From a virus (Duplodnaviria > Heunggongvirae > Uroviricota > Caudoviricetes): a DNA stretch of 18,129 nucleotides. The position numbers were made by a program, and so were the translations under genes. The notes beneath the pieces were generated by a model. It saw nothing but the letters and a program-made list of their open reading frames with translations, was not told where the DNA came from and searched no databases. The DNA lies in the IMG/VR virus record IMGVR_UViG_3300012281_000006; one strand, given 5' to 3'. Numbering within the stretch: position 1 is the stretch's first letter; each line of letters begins with the position of its first letter. Shown one piece after another: positions 16,411-18,129 of this stretch.

Positions 16411-16591
16411 AATGAATCGTGATTTATAGAGCGATTTAGCTGTTAGCCGCGACAGGCGCGGCGGTAAGCATGGCTGGGCCTAGTCCTCCCAGACAAACCA
16501 CCGAGTTGCCAGGTTGACCATGCGCCTAAGTGGTAACACCGAAGTGCGTTACGAGCTTCCAGTTTGCCCATCTTCGGGTGGGCGTTTTTTT
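16411..16591 (+). ncRNA. Candidate small late RNA (~180 nt) from the late promoter to the terminator at 16566-16591
   Basis: No convincing ORF (longest about 15 codons); internal hairpins GCCGCG/CGCGGC, CTGGG/CCCAG, GTAAC/GTTAC; bounded by promoter and terminator. Confidence 0.3.
16566..16591 (+). terminator. Rho-independent terminator (GCCCATC-TTCG-GGTGGGC followed by GTTTTTTT)
   Basis: 7-bp GC-rich stem with TTCG tetraloop and 7-T run. Confidence 0.8.
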
Positions 16592-16780
16592 CAGGGTTTT
16601 CGTCATGGTTAGCGACTTTGCGGCGGTTTAGAAACTGACCATTAAAGTAAATGCAAACGATGATCTGATGATGGTAGCGGCCTAAGAAGCCAGACGCCAC
16701 GGGGTATGAGTCGTCCCCCGTCAAAAAATCGACCGCAGAGTGTCCCCGTCTGTGTATTAGGGAACGGGGAGGCATAACAA

Positions 16781-16847
16781 GGTAAGGGCGCTGGTTCGAT
16801 TAACCAGGTGAGCGAGAAGGGGCCATCTTTTGGTCAGTGCCCTTACC
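16781..16847 (+). other. Structured element E1: GGTAAGGGC...GCCCTTACC stem enclosing a TTCGATT-containing hairpin; paralogous to 17220-17293
   Basis: Outer 9-10-bp stem shared with E2, including the flanks aaca(A/G)GGTAAGGG and CCCTTACC(n)GTT. Confidence 0.3.
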
Positions 16848-17057
16848 TGTTACGTCCTTTTTCATTCAGCGTAACAGCCATTGCTTAATGGCATCCTGGG
16901 AGAATTTCTTGTAACGGGTATATCCCGTCATGCTGAAGGCGCTAATCACGCTGGAAGCCAGGGTTGTGCATCCCCTGTTACCGAATTGCAGCCAGGGCGC
17001 GGTGCGCCGAAAAGCATACGGAGGTGGAAGCCCTCGCCGGAGACGTACCCGGCAAGT

Positions 17058-17133
17058 GATGGTGTAGCTCAGCGGTTAGAGCGGTTGACTGTTAATCAAC
17101 GGGTCGATGGTTCAAATCCATCCACCATCGCCA
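17058..17133 (+). tRNA. tRNA-Asn (anticodon GUU), CCA encoded
   Basis: Manual cloverleaf: acceptor GATGGTG/CACCATC, D-arm GCTC-AGCGGTTA-GAGC, anticodon loop CTGTTAA, T-arm GATGG-TTCAAAT-CCATC, discriminator G, CCA. Confidence 0.9.
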
Positions 17134-17135
17134 AT

Positions 17136-17211
17136 GCCGGTTTAGCTCAGTTGGTAGAGCGCCTGCCTTGTAAGCAGGATGTCAGCGGTTCGAGTCCGTT
17201 AATCGGCACCA
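17136..17211 (+). tRNA. tRNA-Thr (anticodon UGU), CCA encoded
   Basis: Manual cloverleaf: acceptor GCCGGTT/AATCGGC, D-arm GCTC-AGTTGGTA-GAGC, anticodon stem CCTGC/GCAGG with loop CTTGTAA, T-loop TTCGAGT, discriminator A, CCA; starts 2 nt after tRNA-Asn. Confidence 0.9.
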
Positions 17212-17219
17212 GCACAACA

Positions 17220-17293
17220 GGTAAGGGTATTTTGCGACGTCGGAGATCGCCGAGCTTGGCAGAGGGTTCGAATCCCTACGAAGTACCCTTACC
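17220..17293 (+). other. Structured element E2: 10-bp stem GGTAAGGGTA/TACCCTTACC enclosing a GGGTTCGAATCCC T-arm-like hairpin; tRNA-like but not a canonical cloverleaf
   Basis: Perfect T-loop motif but no 7-bp acceptor pairing adjacent to the T-stem; paralogous to E1. Confidence 0.3.
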
Positions 17294-17444
17294 GTTGTGA
17301 GGAAACGCAGCTCTTTGAAGCAACCAGAAGATAAGCATCTGGCTTCACAACATAAACCGCAGGAACGACCAATAAACGGTAGTCCGTATGGAGAACACCC
17401 CGTTGAGGAAGAGGCCTGGCCGGAACCGTAACCGGCACTATAAC

Positions 17445-17526
17445 GTTGAGAACACTGGCGTAACGGGGTCATATCCCAATCTACGAATAAATGTTGCGTT
17501 GCAGCGTGACAACCAGTGTTCTCAAC
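17445..17526. repeat. 14-bp perfect inverted repeat (GTTGAGAACACTGG / CCAGTGTTCTCAAC) with 54-nt spacer; long hairpin in the tRNA-region spacer
   Basis: Exact reverse-complement arms at 17445-17458 and 17513-17526. Confidence 0.5.
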
Positions 17527-17686
17527 ATTGTGGTGAAAGCGCGTTGCTGGCGCGCAAGTCCGCCCTATGGCAACGAGGCGGCGTAGTAAATATCGATGCC
17601 TTAGTCATCAAGCGCACTGACCGGCCTTATGGGCTATGAACAAAAAGAGGCGCAGTCGGAGATCAGCACCGACCACCACAATCACT

Positions 17687-17773
17687 GGAGAGTAGGGAGC
17701 ATGGTGCTCAAGCGGTCTTGAAATCCGTCCCGTCGCGCAAGCGATGATGGTTCGATTCCATTACTCTCCGCCA
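17687..17773 (+). tRNA. Type II (long variable arm) tRNA-like gene, Ser-like, anticodon UGA predicted, CCA encoded; non-canonical D-arm
   Basis: Acceptor GGAGAGT/ACTCTCC, anticodon loop CTTGAAA (same loop as E. coli tRNA-Ser UGA as recalled), variable-arm hairpin TCGC-GCAA-GCGA, T-arm GATGG-TTCGATT-CCATT, discriminator G, CCA; one extra nucleotide before the D-stem and a T-T mismatch in the anticodon stem. Confidence 0.5.
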
Positions 17774-18036
17774 GCGCAACGTTAAGAGTATTTGGCTAAT
17801 TAAGCGAATGCCGGAAGCAGAACCGGATCACCAAATGCGTACAGGCGTCATCGCCGCCCAGCCAGCCAAATGCTCTTACCATTGCGGTGAATGCGGCTAA
17901 GCGCACGCGGGGAAATGGTTATATCAGTCCATTCATTTCTCCTTGTTTCCCCGTCCACGGTGGATAACCAGCCAAAGGACACCGGGAGGCACCCGGCACC
18001 GCAACCTTATTTCCCAACCAGTAATGAGGTTAATAA

Positions 18037-18129
18037 ATGCTCGGCATTCTCAAAAAGAAATTCCGCAAAGCGGCTGGCGGAGTCAAGAAGATGGAAAACC
18101 GTGATGCGGTGGAAGCGACCGTCTGGGGC
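18037..18129 (+). CDS. 5' end of a hypothetical protein gene running off the window (MLGILKKKFRKAAGGVKKMENRDAVEATVWG...)
   Basis: ATG at 18037 with TGAGG SD 8 nt upstream; frame open to the window end. Confidence 0.45.
   Translation, partial: MLGILKKKFRKAAGGVKKMENRDAVEATVWG

Noticed and set aside
16443-16775. 110-aa minus-strand ORF, and 96/83-aa ORFs at 17182-17639
   Set aside because: Located in the structured non-coding region between dmt and the tRNAs; no RBS, and Arg/His-rich low-complexity translation typical of GC-rich non-coding sequence.
17220-17293. Element E2 as a canonical third tRNA (for example tRNA-Ile)
   Set aside because: It has a perfect T-loop but the acceptor stem cannot pair adjacent to the T-stem, and no D-arm or anticodon arm forms; kept only as a tRNA-like structured element.
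16881-17300. 139-aa plus-strand ORF
   Set aside because: It reads straight through tRNA-Asn and tRNA-Thr (translation contains VAQRLERLTVNQRVDGSNPSTIANAGLAQLVERLPCKQDVSGSSPLI); it is the tRNA genes translated, not a protein.

Overview
This window reads as the plasmid-maintenance and late-gene region of a bacteriophage P1-like phage-plasmid; all calls are from reading the sequence and from recalled family knowledge, with no database search run. From left to right: a possibly 5'-truncated basic-protein ORF; a Hok/Gef-family type I toxin locus (hok with overlapping mok-like frame); a minus-strand late structural operon of five genes (putative major head protein, tail-sheath-like protein and three smaller proteins); the partition centromere parS, then parB and parA; the incA iteron array; repA, which carries an in-frame TAG codon and a 262-nt N-run; the origin oriR (five incC iterons, five GATC sites, DnaA boxes); a five-gene minus-strand operon (upfA, mlp, ppfA, upfB, upfC by P1 gene order); a late-promoter-driven plus-strand operon uhr-hrdC(RdgC-like)-dmt (fused C5-cytosine/N6-adenine methyltransferase); a second late-promoter motif followed by a strong terminator; and a structured RNA region with tRNA-Asn(GUU), tRNA-Thr(UGU), a non-canonical type II tRNA-like gene, and two paralogous hairpin elements. 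Two N-runs (480-527, 9793-10054) are gaps or masked sequence. The most interesting points are the hok/mok locus, the amber codon in repA, the spanin-like overlapped ppfA/mlp pair, the candidate small late RNA downstream of dmt, and the tRNA-like and structured elements.
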